A DNA stretch of 32,000 nt, taken from contig NC_017080.1 of the NCBI RefSeq assembly GCF_000284115.1, positions 690,001-722,000 of the forward strand, given 5' to 3'. The notes under the pieces were generated by a model that worked only from the letters and a program-made list of their open reading frames with translations, searched no databases and had not been told where the DNA came from. Positions 1 to 8,420 of this stretch are shown here, piece by piece. Numbering within the stretch: position 1 is the stretch's first letter; each line of letters opens with the position of its first letter. The position numbers and the translations under genes are program-made. Source of the DNA: Phycisphaera mikurensis NBRC 102666 (lineage in GTDB: Bacteria; Planctomycetota; Phycisphaerae; Phycisphaerales; Phycisphaeraceae).

Positions 1-723
1 TCCCCTCCCGCCCCGTCCACCCGCGCGGGCTTTACCCTGATCGAGCTGCTGGTGGTGATCTCGATCATCGCCCTTCTGATCGGCATCCTGCTGCCGGCGC
101 TGGGCGCCGCGCGCAACACGGCCCGCTTGTCGGCGTGCCTGAGCAACCAGCGGCAGATCTCGATCGCCTACGCCGTCTACGCGGCCGACTTCAAGGAGAC
201 CTGGCCGCTCGCCTTCGGCCTGGGCACCTTCTTCAGCTCGCCGCCGATGCCCTTCATGTCGTGGAACGAGACGCACCTGTGGCCGCAGATGCAGGGCCGC
301 GAGCAGCCGTGGAACTTCGACAACGTCGTGAGCTCGGTCTTCGTCTGTCCCGAGTACGAGAAGTCCAGCGTCGCCCAGCCGCACGACATCTCCTTCGGCA
401 TGAACCAGATGCTGCCGTCCGTGGGCTCGACCGGCCCCAGCGGCCCGGTGCCCTTCTACTGGGACTATAAGAAGCCCGAGCAGATCAAAGACGCGACGGG
501 CGCGATGGTGGTGATCGACAACAACGGCTCGGCGATCTCCGGCCAGGCGGCGCAGATGCAGACGCTCAAGGAGGTCTCGGACCGGCACATGAACGCCGTG
601 ACGATGCAGTTCGCCGACGGGCACGCGGAGTCGCGGAAGTTCGAGGAGATCCCCCCGAACCTCGAGGCCGACGGAGCCACCAGCGCCGGTCACGCCGAGG
701 ACACCTTCTGGCGTGGCGACTGA
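1..723 (+). CDS. Prepilin-type N-terminal cleavage/methylation domain protein (DUF1559 / H-X9-DG type pseudopilin-like), 5' end outside window
   Basis: Frame 1 reads ...[31 protein letters not shown] from nt 1, with no start codon before the GFTLIE motif, so the gene is 5'-truncated. C-terminal [15 protein letters not shown] fits the H-X9-DG motif. Stop at 721-723. Confidence 0.9.
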   Translation, partial: SPPAPSTRAGFTLIELLVVISIIALLIGILLPALGAARNTARLSACLSNQRQISIAYAVYAADFKETWPLAFGLGTFFSSPPMPFMSWNETHLWPQMQGREQPWNFDNVVSSVFVCPEYEKSSVAQPHDISFGMNQMLPSVGSTGPSGPVPFYWDYKKPEQIKDATGAMVVIDNNGSAISGQAAQMQTLKEVSDRHMNAVTMQFADGHAESRKFEEIPPNLEADGATSAGHAEDTFWRGD

Positions 724-857
724 ACGCCGCCGTGGCCGCGCCGGCGCGCGGCCCGGAGCTCGCCCTGCGGGAGCCAACCCTCCCGCGCGGCCTTCAAACC
801 CGGCGGAGCGTTCCGTCGACACCTCACACGCCGCATCCTGCGGCAGAAACGGATTGG

Positions 858-1682
858 ATGAAAATGATGAGCACGACCCCCTCTTGCCGTCTCCCACGGG
901 TCGCCGCGGCCGCGATCGCAGCGGCCGGCGTCGCCTCCAGCGCCTCCGCGGCCTCCTTCAACGACACCTTCGACAGCGCGGGCGACATCGCCAGCAACTA
1001 CACCGGCTTCGAGCTGACCAGCTCCGAGACGGCGGCCGGTGTCGACAGCAACACCTACAGCAGCGGCAGCAGCTTCGCGCTGGACCCCGTGGACGGCCAG
1101 GTGGACTTCACGGTGACGATCCCCAGCGGGTTCAACCTGAACATCCTCCAACGCAGCGTCGACGCGGCGAACCTCTACGACATCAACCAGGGCATGAGCC
1201 TGACGATGAACGCCAGCGGCCTCGATCCCACGTTCTTCGACGCGATCCGCAACCCGGCCACCTTCGGGACCTCCGGCGGCACGCTCAACGCGGACATCAC
1301 CGTCTCGGTGCAGAACATCGACTTCGGCCAGTACCGCCTCGGGGTGCAGGTGGGCGGCGTCGATCTGCCCGGCGGCGGCCAGCAGAACTACGCCGGTTCG
1401 CCGGACGGGGTGAACTTCACGCTGAACATCGACAACGACAGCTACAGCGTGCTGGCCGACGGCGCCGAGCTGATCGCCGACACGGCCCACGGCATCGTCT
1501 TCAGCTCGCTGGAGGGCGTGACGCCCACGGTCGGCGCCCAGAACGTCTTCGCGGGCGGGGGCAACACGTCGCTGTCCATCAACAGCTTCGCGGGGACCGG
1601 CGTCGCCGTGCCCGAGCCCGCCACCGCCACGCTCGCCGCCGCCGGCCTGGGCCTGCTGACGCTCCGCCGCCGCGGACGGTGA
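858..1682 (+). CDS. PEP-CTERM sorting-domain secreted protein
   Basis: ATG at 858 (MKMMSTT...) followed by a signal peptide (AAAIAAAGVASSASA). C-terminus VPEPATATLAAAGLGLLTLRRRGR is a PEP-CTERM motif plus TM plus Arg cluster. High GC3. Confidence 0.85.
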   Translation: MKMMSTTPSCRLPRVAAAAIAAAGVASSASAASFNDTFDSAGDIASNYTGFELTSSETAAGVDSNTYSSGSSFALDPVDGQVDFTVTIPSGFNLNILQRSVDAANLYDINQGMSLTMNASGLDPTFFDAIRNPATFGTSGGTLNADITVSVQNIDFGQYRLGVQVGGVDLPGGGQQNYAGSPDGVNFTLNIDNDSYSVLADGAELIADTAHGIVFSSLEGVTPTVGAQNVFAGGGNTSLSINSFAGTGVAVPEPATATLAAAGLGLLTLRRRGR

Positions 1683-1715
1683 GCTCCGACGCCGAGATGC
1701 ACCCCCGATCCGCGG
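1670..1715. repeat. 46-bp hairpin repeat, degenerate copy H
   Basis: CCGCGGACGG (1670-1679), exactly 26-nt loop, CGATCCGCGG (1706-1715). One mismatch per arm. Spans the stop codon of the 858-1682 gene. Confidence 0.5.
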
Positions 1716-1744
1716 GCGGCCCACCGGCCTCCCGCGGCCTTTTG
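1710..1744 (+). terminator. Putative intrinsic terminator after the PEP-CTERM gene
   Basis: Stem CCGCGGG (1710-1716) pairs with CCCGCGG (1731-1737), followed by CCTTTT. Confidence 0.5.
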
Positions 1745-1780
1745 AGTCCGCGTCCCACTCCTTCCCTTCAGGATCACTCG

Positions 1781-3379
1781 ATGCCCTCCACCCTCCTGCT
1801 CGCCGGCGGCGGCCTGCTCGCGCTCACCTCCACGCTGCTCGCCGCCGGTGCCGCCTCCGCCGCGCCCATGTCCGGCGTGACCGTCGGCTTCGGCGAAGCG
1901 GTGCCCGTGAACCGCGGCGCCTTCGGCCTCAACAACAACAACGCGGCCGCGGACGCCCGCACCAACGGCGACGCGTACCCCGCGCTCATCAAGGCCTTGG
2001 GCGCGACCTCGTCGCGGTACCTCGGCGGATCCTCTTCGTCCTTCTGGGACTGGCGGACCGGCAAGTACATCCCCGCCGACGAGATCACGGCCATCTGGCC
2101 CGAGCACCACGGCAACTGGATGCTCCCGCTGGTGGCCGACGTCGCGCGGCTGCCCGACGGCACGCTCGGGCCCGACAACTATGCGGCCTTCGCGGAGAAG
2201 GCCGGCGTGGACGTGCAGTGGATGACCAACTTCACCACGCGCGAGGACGACCAGGCGGACATGGTCCGCCACCTCCACGACGAGGGCATCCCGGTGAAGT
2301 ACCTCGAGCTCGACAACGAGACCTATTTCTGGGGCGCGGAGTTCGGCGGCGGGGAAGACCGCTCGCGGAAGTACATCGAGCGGGTGAAGGACTTCACGCC
2401 GCTGCTCCGCGAGCTCTACCCCGACGCCCGCGTCGGCGTCGTCGCCAGCGAGAACGGCGTCTTCGCCGACGAGATGCACGAGAAGGAGGACGCCCACACG
2501 CTGTGGAACGGCGTGATCACCCGGCCGGCGTACCGTGACCTGTACGACGCCTTCATCCTGCACCACTACGTGATGAATCAGGGCACGCTCGACGGCGTCG
2601 CCGACGGCAACGTGTCCGACGCCACGCTCGGGCCGGCCTTCCTCACCTGCCCCGAGGTCACGCTCGGGCACGCCATCGACGTGCTGGCGGAGGAGCACGG
2701 CGGCATCCCGATGTGGATCACCGAGTTCAACGTCATCGGCTACTACCGCATCGGCAACCCCGACGACGAGAAGCCCGACACCGGCGTCACCGACGCGGAC
2801 GCCTGGATCGCCCGCACCGCCCACACGCCCTGGAACGCGATCTACCAGGCGGGCTTCTGGCTGATGGCGCTGCAGCACCCCGAGGCGATCGAGATCCTTA
2901 ACCACCACAGCGTCACCAACGTCGACCTCGGCTGGGGCCTGGGCCTGCCGGTGAGCACCGAGGAGGCGGACCTCACCGCCACCGGCCAGCTCTTCGCGCA
3001 CCTGTCTCACCTGGCGGTCGGGGCCGACGGCGTGATGCCGCTGACCTTCGAGGGGAACCCGGACCTGGGTTCCGCTTTCGGCGGGGAAGAAGCGGGCGCC
3101 CTGCAGGGCGTCGCCGTCGAGCGGGACGGGAAGAAGCACCTCATCGTCATCAACCGCGGCGCGGACCCGGTTTCGATCGCGATGCCTGGCGGCGGGGCGG
3201 CGGAGCGGATCAGCTACCGCACCGACCGCGAGAACCCGCGGACGAGCCGGGTGAAGCTTGCGGGCGAGACGCCGGTGTGGCGGCAGGGGCCGATGGAGCC
3301 CGAGACGGTCGCCGTCGGGGCCGGCGGCCGGGTGGAGCTGCCGGCGTTCTCGCTGTCGGTGCTGATGAGCGGCCGGTGA
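1781..3379 (+). CDS. Secreted glycoside hydrolase, clan GH-A (beta/alpha)8-barrel type, family not assigned
   Basis: ATG at 1781 with signal peptide MPSTLLLAGGGLLALTSTLLAAGAASA. YLELDNETYFW (NE acid/base-type motif) and MWITEFNV (TEFN nucleophile-type motif) are spaced as in clan GH-A. The upstream part of the 713-3379 ORF is Arg-rich non-coding read-through. Confidence 0.75.
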   Translation: MPSTLLLAGGGLLALTSTLLAAGAASAAPMSGVTVGFGEAVPVNRGAFGLNNNNAAADARTNGDAYPALIKALGATSSRYLGGSSSSFWDWRTGKYIPADEITAIWPEHHGNWMLPLVADVARLPDGTLGPDNYAAFAEKAGVDVQWMTNFTTREDDQADMVRHLHDEGIPVKYLELDNETYFWGAEFGGGEDRSRKYIERVKDFTPLLRELYPDARVGVVASENGVFADEMHEKEDAHTLWNGVITRPAYRDLYDAFILHHYVMNQGTLDGVADGNVSDATLGPAFLTCPEVTLGHAIDVLAEEHGGIPMWITEFNVIGYYRIGNPDDEKPDTGVTDADAWIARTAHTPWNAIYQAGFWLMALQHPEAIEILNHHSVTNVDLGWGLGLPVSTEEADLTATGQLFAHLSHLAVGADGVMPLTFEGNPDLGSAFGGEEAGALQGVAVERDGKKHLIVINRGADPVSIAMPGGGAAERISYRTDRENPRTSRVKLAGETPVWRQGPMEPETVAVGAGGRVELPAFSLSVLMSGR

Positions 3380-3487
3380 CGGGAGGGCCCGGCGGGGCCA
3401 CGAGGCGGGGCCGTGGCGGCAGCGAGTGCGAACGCGGGATCACGCGGCGGCCACACGCACGCTGCGGGTTGCCGTCGCGCCGGGAGA

Positions 3488-3538
3488 AATTGTTAACAAT
3501 TCTGCCGGCTCGGGAGCCGGCTTCAAATTGTTTGCAAT
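3488..3538. promoter_or_regulatory. AT-rich operator-like region: two ATTG-N4-CAAT palindromes flanking a GC hairpin
   Basis: Perfect 14-bp palindrome AATTGTTAACAATT (3488-3501). GC hairpin GCCGGCT-CGGG-AGCCGGC (3504-3521). Second site AATTGTTTGCAAT (3526-3538). Lies about 110 bp upstream of the 3648 start. Confidence 0.4.
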
Positions 3539-3647
3539 CTTGAGCCGCCGGAGCTAACGTACTTAAGCCTCCGCGCCGTCTAGCTGAACCTCAGCTCGGT
3601 CAGGAGCACTCGTCACCCGTGCCGTTCGCACTTTTCGGAGAACCTTC

Positions 3648-4379
3648 ATGAAGATTTCGACCACCCCTCTCGCCGCCGGCCTCGTCGCCTCCCTCGTTGC
3701 CCCGTCGGCGCTCGCCGTCACCTTCGACTTCACCGCGGCCGAGGGCTTCAGCGACGGCGCTCTGGCCGGGCAGAACGGCTTCGCGTCGCAGGCTGGCTAC
3801 CAGGTCGACTCCACCGGCACCGGCGTCGTCTCGGGCGTCACCAACGGCTTCGAGCGTTTCCTCGTCGGCGAGGACGCGATCGTCCTCGACGCGACCACCG
3901 ACTCCGTGGCGCTCGGGATCACCGGCTTCTCGATGAACCGTCCCGCGGCCGACGCCCCGGGCGGAACCTTCGGCCTGTCGAACGACTTCAACATCGCCTC
4001 GTCCGGGACCGACATCGGCATCCAGCTGCGCTACAACGCGAACGGCGATCTCCTCCTCGACGAGGTCGGCTTCGGCGACTCCGGCAGCTCGATCGACACC
4101 GGCTTCAACCTCGGCGACGTCTTCGACATCGACCTGAACGTCGTCGTCTCCGGCACCGATGCCGTCACGACCGCGACCATCGGCAGCGCCACGGCGAGCT
4201 ACACGAAGGCCATCGGTGCCGACACGTCCTTCGCGCTGATCTACCAGTCGCAGGGTCCGTCGGCCGGCACCGCAACCTTCGACTCGGTGAGCTACACCGT
4301 GACGCCGGTGCCGGAGCCCGCCTCCGCCGCCCTGGTCGGCCTCGGTGCTCTCGCTCTGCTCGGCCGTCGCCGCGGCTGA
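3648..4379 (+). CDS. PEP-CTERM sorting-domain secreted protein
   Basis: GGAG 7 nt upstream of ATG 3648. Signal peptide MKISTTPLAAGLVASLVAPSALA. C-terminus VPEPASAALVGLGALALLGRRRG. Confidence 0.88.
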   Translation: MKISTTPLAAGLVASLVAPSALAVTFDFTAAEGFSDGALAGQNGFASQAGYQVDSTGTGVVSGVTNGFERFLVGEDAIVLDATTDSVALGITGFSMNRPAADAPGGTFGLSNDFNIASSGTDIGIQLRYNANGDLLLDEVGFGDSGSSIDTGFNLGDVFDIDLNVVVSGTDAVTTATIGSATASYTKAIGADTSFALIYQSQGPSAGTATFDSVSYTVTPVPEPASAALVGLGALALLGRRRG

Positions 4380-4399
4380 AGCCGAGCCTGAACCAGAAC

Positions 4400-4436
4400 G
4401 CGGCGGGAGCTTCTCCAGGGGCTCCCGCCGCTTTCG
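4400..4436 (+). terminator. Intrinsic terminator
   Basis: Perfect 11-bp stem GCGGCGGGAGC (4400-4410) pairs with GCTCCCGCCGC (4421-4431), followed by TTTCG. Confidence 0.65.
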
Positions 4437-4527
4437 TGCGCGCCCAAGGGCTCGAGGTGTCGAGGAAGCGGGCTCGGCCTCAGCCCCTCAAGAATCTCTT
4501 GGGTTGAACCGGACGCTCGTCACTGCC

Positions 4528-4633
4528 GGTGCCACGCCGCTTGCGGGGTGGCGGTCGCCGGAGGCGACGCCAGGAGAGGCCCCGAGCCGCCGCGTGTCCT
4601 GCGGACATCCCACCCCGCAAGCGGCGTGGTGCC
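4528..4633. repeat. Long inverted repeat / hairpin in a 395-bp non-coding convergent gap
   Basis: CCACGCCGCTTGCGGGGTGG (4532-4551) is the perfect reverse complement of CCACCCCGCAAGCGGCGTGG (4610-4629). The 58-nt loop contains an inner hairpin GTCGCC-GGA-GGCGAC. Confidence 0.7.
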
Positions 4634-4774
4634 CGGGCATCGGCCGGTTGCGGGAGATGGGTCGACGCTTGAGCCCTCCAGGGGTTGGAGGAACCGACGT
4701 GCGGAGGCACTGCCCACCCCCGAGCGGGATGGGCACCCCGCGAGCGAACGACCAAGGAGGTCCATGCACGCGTG

Positions 4775-5830
4775 TCAGGCCAGCCGCGCGTCGCCCGCGG
4801 GGAAGGTCACCTCCAGCCAAGCCGCGTCCGCCGTGACCTCCAAGTGGCCGTCGCCCATGGCCGCGGGCAGCAGCAGCGTGTCCCCGGCCCCGCAGGCGAC
4901 CGACTCGCCGCCGCCGGCGAGGGTGAGCGAGCCGGAGAGGACCATCCAGGCGACCGGCCCGGTGGAGCCGGCGCCGGCGGTGTCGGTGAAGCCGGCGGGG
5001 GCTTCGTGGCGGTCGATGCCGAAGTGCTCGCAGCGGACAAGGGCGATGCTCTTCGAGCCGCCAGGGCCATCGGTTTCGGTGCCGGGCTCGAAGCGGGAGG
5101 AGTCCGCCGGACCGAAGGTGCTGCACTCGATCGCCGCGTCGACGTGCAGCTCCCTGCCCTCGCGCCCCCAGTCGTACACGCGGAAGGTGGTGTCGCTGGG
5201 CGTCTGCACCTCGGCGACGAGGATGCCGCCGCCGAGGGCGTGGCACGTGCCCGAGGGCAGGTAGTGGCACTCGCCGGGAGAAACCTCGAAAGCCTCCAGC
5301 AGCGGGACGACGGCCTCGTCGGTGTTCTTCTCGAGCGCCGCCCGCAGGTCGTCGGGGGTCGTGCCGGCGGCGATGCCCTTGTAGATCTTCGCCCCGGGCT
5401 CGACGGCGACGATGTACCAGGCCTCGCTCTTGAGCTTGGCCTCGGGGTGCTCCGCCGCGTAGGCGGGCGAGGGGTGGACCTGCACGCTGAGGTTCGCGTT
5501 CGCGTCGAGGTACTTCAGCAGGATGGGGAAGCCGCCGTCGGGGCTCAGCGGGAGGTCGCGGAGCACGGCGTCCCGCGCCGCGTCGTCGGCGAGCACCGCG
5601 TGCAGCGTCCGCCCGGCGAGCGGCCCGTTGTCGATCGTGGAGAAGGCGGCGTCGCCGCCGCCGCCCGAGGCGGAGGTGGAGGCAAGGTCGACCAGCTCCC
5701 AGCTCTCGCCGATCGGGGCGTCGTCGGCGCCGGGCAGGTCGCGGCCGAGCTTCTGCTCCAGCGTCCGGCCGCCCCAGACCTTCTCCTTGTAGATCGGCCG
5801 GAGCTTCAGCGGGTAGGCGGCGGTGCTCAT
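4775..5830 (-). CDS. manA: Mannose-6-phosphate isomerase, class I
   Basis: Starts MSTAAYPLKLRPIYKEKVWGG (ATG complement at 5828-5830). Contains LSVQVHPSPAYAAEHPEAKLKSEAWYIV and YLPSGTCHALGGG, typical type I PMI cupin motifs. Confidence 0.9.
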   Translation of the reverse strand: MSTAAYPLKLRPIYKEKVWGGRTLEQKLGRDLPGADDAPIGESWELVDLASTSASGGGGDAAFSTIDNGPLAGRTLHAVLADDAARDAVLRDLPLSPDGGFPILLKYLDANANLSVQVHPSPAYAAEHPEAKLKSEAWYIVAVEPGAKIYKGIAAGTTPDDLRAALEKNTDEAVVPLLEAFEVSPGECHYLPSGTCHALGGGILVAEVQTPSDTTFRVYDWGREGRELHVDAAIECSTFGPADSSRFEPGTETDGPGGSKSIALVRCEHFGIDRHEAPAGFTDTAGAGSTGPVAWMVLSGSLTLAGGGESVACGAGDTLLLPAAMGDGHLEVTADAAWLEVTFPAGDARLA

Positions 5831-5844
5831 CGCCGGATCGTAAT

Positions 5845-5890
5845 CCGCGGACCGCGACGCCAGCGGGCGCGCGAGGCCGACGGTCCGCGG
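5845..5890. repeat. 46-bp hairpin repeat, copy A
   Basis: CCGCGGACCG (5845-5854), 26-nt loop, CGGTCCGCGG (5881-5890). Lies between the manA start and the GT4 stop. Confidence 0.9.
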
Positions 5891-5895
5891 CTCGC

Positions 5896-6966
5896 TCACC
5901 TCCCGCGGGCGGCGGCCCGCAGGACGCCCAGCAGGCGGTCGACGTGGGCGTCCATGGTCGCGCCCGCGGCGGCCGCGGCGGTGGCTTCCCTGGCCGCGGT
6001 CAAGGCGGCGGGTTCGCAGAAGCCCAGCATCGCCGAGGAGAGCGCAGCGGCGTCCCCGGCGTGGTCGAGGATGCGTCCCGCCGCCGATCCCTCGATCAGG
6101 TCGCACGCCCCGTTGGTGCGGGTGGTGATCACCGGCAGGCCGGCGTGCAACGCCTCGGCGACGACCTTGGAGGCGGGGTCGTAGCGGCTCGGCAGGACGA
6201 GCACGTCGGCCGCGGCGAGGGCGGCGGGCATGTCGTCGGTGGGGCCCGCGGCGGTGATCGCGTCGCCGCGGACCGCGGGCGAGAGAGCGACCAAACGGGC
6301 ACGGTCCGCGGATCCGACCACGCGGGGCCAGGCGCGGGCGAGCGCCGGCCAGCCCTTGCGGCGGAGGTCCGCCGACGGGAAGAGGAAGACGATCGCGTCT
6401 TGCGCGACGCCCCACGCGGCCCGCTGCCGGGCCCGCGTCCTCCGCGCCGGGGGCGGAACCCGCGGCGCCCCGTTCGCGATCACCGGCACCTCCGCCTCCG
6501 GCCGCCCCGTGTGCCGGACGATCTGCCGCTGCATGAAGCGGCTGATCGCCACCCACGTCCTCACCGACGGGTCGCGGAGCGTTGCGGCTTCCGCCGCCCA
6601 CATCGCCCGCCGCTTCCGCTGGAAGATCCCCGGCCGGTCGGTCGCCCACATCTCGCGGTAGATCCCCGCCCGCGGCTCGACCACGGCCGCGGGGCAGAGC
6701 GTCGTGACCGAGAGGCTGGTGTCGAAGGCGCCGACAAGCCGCCGGTCGGCCACGAAGCGGCGGTACCGGCGGACGTCGCGGGCGGACCGCATCCGTCGCT
6801 CGCCCGCCGCCTCGGTCTTCACGCCGTCGATCGCCCGGCCGGCCGGCGCGAAGCCGGTCAGCAGCGTGACGGCGCAGCCGCGGTCGCGGAGGCCCTCGCA
6901 GATCTGGCGGGTGGAGCTCTCGGCGCCCCCGTCGCCGAAGCTCTCGATCGTGACGGCGACCCTCAC
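5896..6966 (-). CDS. Glycosyltransferase family 4 (WaaG/RfaG-like GT-B)
   Basis: N-terminus MRVAVTIESFGDGGAESSTRQICEGL. C-terminal half has VLVLPSRYDPASKVVAEALHAGLPVITT (EX7E-type region). Its start overlaps the upstream heptosyltransferase stop by 4 nt. Confidence 0.85.
   Translation of the reverse strand: MRVAVTIESFGDGGAESSTRQICEGLRDRGCAVTLLTGFAPAGRAIDGVKTEAAGERRMRSARDVRRYRRFVADRRLVGAFDTSLSVTTLCPAAVVEPRAGIYREMWATDRPGIFQRKRRAMWAAEAATLRDPSVRTWVAISRFMQRQIVRHTGRPEAEVPVIANGAPRVPPPARRTRARQRAAWGVAQDAIVFLFPSADLRRKGWPALARAWPRVVGSADRARLVALSPAVRGDAITAAGPTDDMPAALAAADVLVLPSRYDPASKVVAEALHAGLPVITTRTNGACDLIEGSAAGRILDHAGDAAALSSAMLGFCEPAALTAAREATAAAAAGATMDAHVDRLLGVLRAAARGR
6266..6311. repeat. 46-bp hairpin repeat, copy B (inside the GT4 CDS)
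   Basis: CCGCGGACCG (6266-6275), 26-nt loop, CGGTCCGCGG (6302-6311). Confidence 0.9.
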
Positions 6967-7994
6967 ACGCCGACCGCGGCGGGCTCGCGCTCCCGCGCCG
7001 GCTCGAGCAGGCCCGACGCGGCGTCGACCACCTCGTCGACGGTGATCCCGCTCATCTCGCCGCTCCGCGCGACCACCTGCGCCTCGCGGTCGAAGCCGAT
7101 GGTCGTCCAGCCCGGCGCGGTGGGGCCGAAGAGCGTGACCACGGGCGTGCCGCAGGCGGCGGCGAGGTGGCGCGGGCCCGTGTCGCCGGTGAGCAGCAGC
7201 GCGGCGTCGGCCATGACGGCCTTGCCCGCGGCCAGGCCCGTGCCCGCTGCGACGAGGTCGGTGGCGTCGCTCCGCATCGCCGCGACCACGGCCGCGGCTT
7301 CCGCGGCTTCGCCGGGCGCGCCGGTGACGGCGGCGGCGAGGCCGTGGCGCTCGGCGAGCGCGTCGGCCGCCGCGGCGAAACGCATCGGATCCCAGCGTTT
7401 CTCCGGCTTCGCCGCGCCGGGGTTGAGCACGAGGGTGCGGCCGGGGGGCAGGCCGAGCCCCGCCGCGGCCCGGCGGTCGGCGTCGGTGGCGGTCACCCGC
7501 ATCCGCGTGTCGGCCCCGGCCGCGCCGAGGTAGCGGGCCAGCTGCAGGTAGTACTCGACCGTGGGGACCGGCACGAACTTCCGCTTCTCCCGCCGCGGGA
7601 TCAGCCGGTCGGTGAGCAGCAGCCCCCGGCCATCCCGCTCGTAGCCGATCCGCCGCGGGATGCCCGCGAGGCGTGCGAGCATCGCCGAGCGGAGGCTGTT
7701 GGGCAGCAGCACGGCGGTGTCGAAGCCGCCCGCGTGCAGCCGGTGCCCGGCTTCGATCACGTGCGGGCCCTTGCCGCCGGCTTCCAGGGCGATGACCTCG
7801 TCGAGGTCGCCGTTGCCGTCGAGCAGCGGCACCAGGTCGGCCCGCACCGCGGCGGCGAGGTGCAGCCCGGGGAGGTGCTCGCGGAGCGCGTGCAGCGTGG
7901 GCGTGCCCATCAGCACGTCGCCGAACCAGGTGGGCATCAGCACCACCAGGCGCTTCGGCGGCGGCGGGGGCGGCGAGTCGGCGAGCAGGGACAT
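6963..7994 (-). CDS. ADP-heptose:LPS heptosyltransferase (GT9)
   Basis: Starts MSLLADSPPPPPPKRLVVLMPTWFGDVLMGTPTLHALR. C-terminus has LLLTGDTGPRHLAAACGTPVVTLFGPTAP, the GT9 signature region. The upstream ORF extension to 8294 looks non-coding. Confidence 0.85.
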   Translation of the reverse strand: MSLLADSPPPPPPKRLVVLMPTWFGDVLMGTPTLHALREHLPGLHLAAAVRADLVPLLDGNGDLDEVIALEAGGKGPHVIEAGHRLHAGGFDTAVLLPNSLRSAMLARLAGIPRRIGYERDGRGLLLTDRLIPRREKRKFVPVPTVEYYLQLARYLGAAGADTRMRVTATDADRRAAAGLGLPPGRTLVLNPGAAKPEKRWDPMRFAAAADALAERHGLAAAVTGAPGEAAEAAAVVAAMRSDATDLVAAGTGLAAGKAVMADAALLLTGDTGPRHLAAACGTPVVTLFGPTAPGWTTIGFDREAQVVARSGEMSGITVDEVVDAASGLLEPAREREPAAVGV

Positions 7995-8010
7995 GGCGGC
8001 GAGCGTAGAG

Positions 8011-8056
8011 CCGCGGACCGCCGCCGGTTCCCGGCCCGCCGGCCGGCGGTCCGCGG
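8011..8056. repeat. 46-bp hairpin repeat, copy C
   Basis: CCGCGGACCG (8011-8020), 26-nt loop, CGGTCCGCGG (8047-8056). Lies in the divergent region between the heptosyltransferase and ferredoxin starts. Confidence 0.9.
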
Positions 8057-8072
8057 GTTCTACGGTCACGCC

Positions 8073-8348
8073 GTGCTCCCCCCGAGCCTCCAGCCTGGAA
8101 CCGTCACGCTCGCGGGCTCCGGCCAGCGCCTCGCGTGGAAGCCCGGCACCGCGACGATCCTGCAGCTCCTGCACGACGCCGGCGTCCCGCACCCCGCCGG
8201 CTGCCAGGAGGGCGACTGCGGGGCGTGCACGACGCCGCTGCTCGGCGGCCGCGTCGCCTACACCAGCTCGCCGAACGCGATGCACGACGACCACACGTGC
8301 CTGCCGTGCTGCTGCCGGCCGGTGGGCGACGTGGTGCTGGAGGCCTGA
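8073..8348 (+). CDS. Small 2Fe-2S ferredoxin (fer2-type)
   Basis: GTG at 8073 is the first in-frame start after the divergent gene. GCQEGDCGAC (C-x4-C-x2-C) plus a distal Cys cluster TCLPCCC. High GC3. Confidence 0.6.
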   Translation: MLPPSLQPGTVTLAGSGQRLAWKPGTATILQLLHDAGVPHPAGCQEGDCGACTTPLLGGRVAYTSSPNAMHDDHTCLPCCCRPVGDVVLEA

Positions 8349-8420
8349 GCGGTTTGCGGTGGGCTGGTCCTTCGCCCGCTGGCGGGCGGCCCGCGCCGCC
8401 GGTGGCGTCTACGGTCCGCC

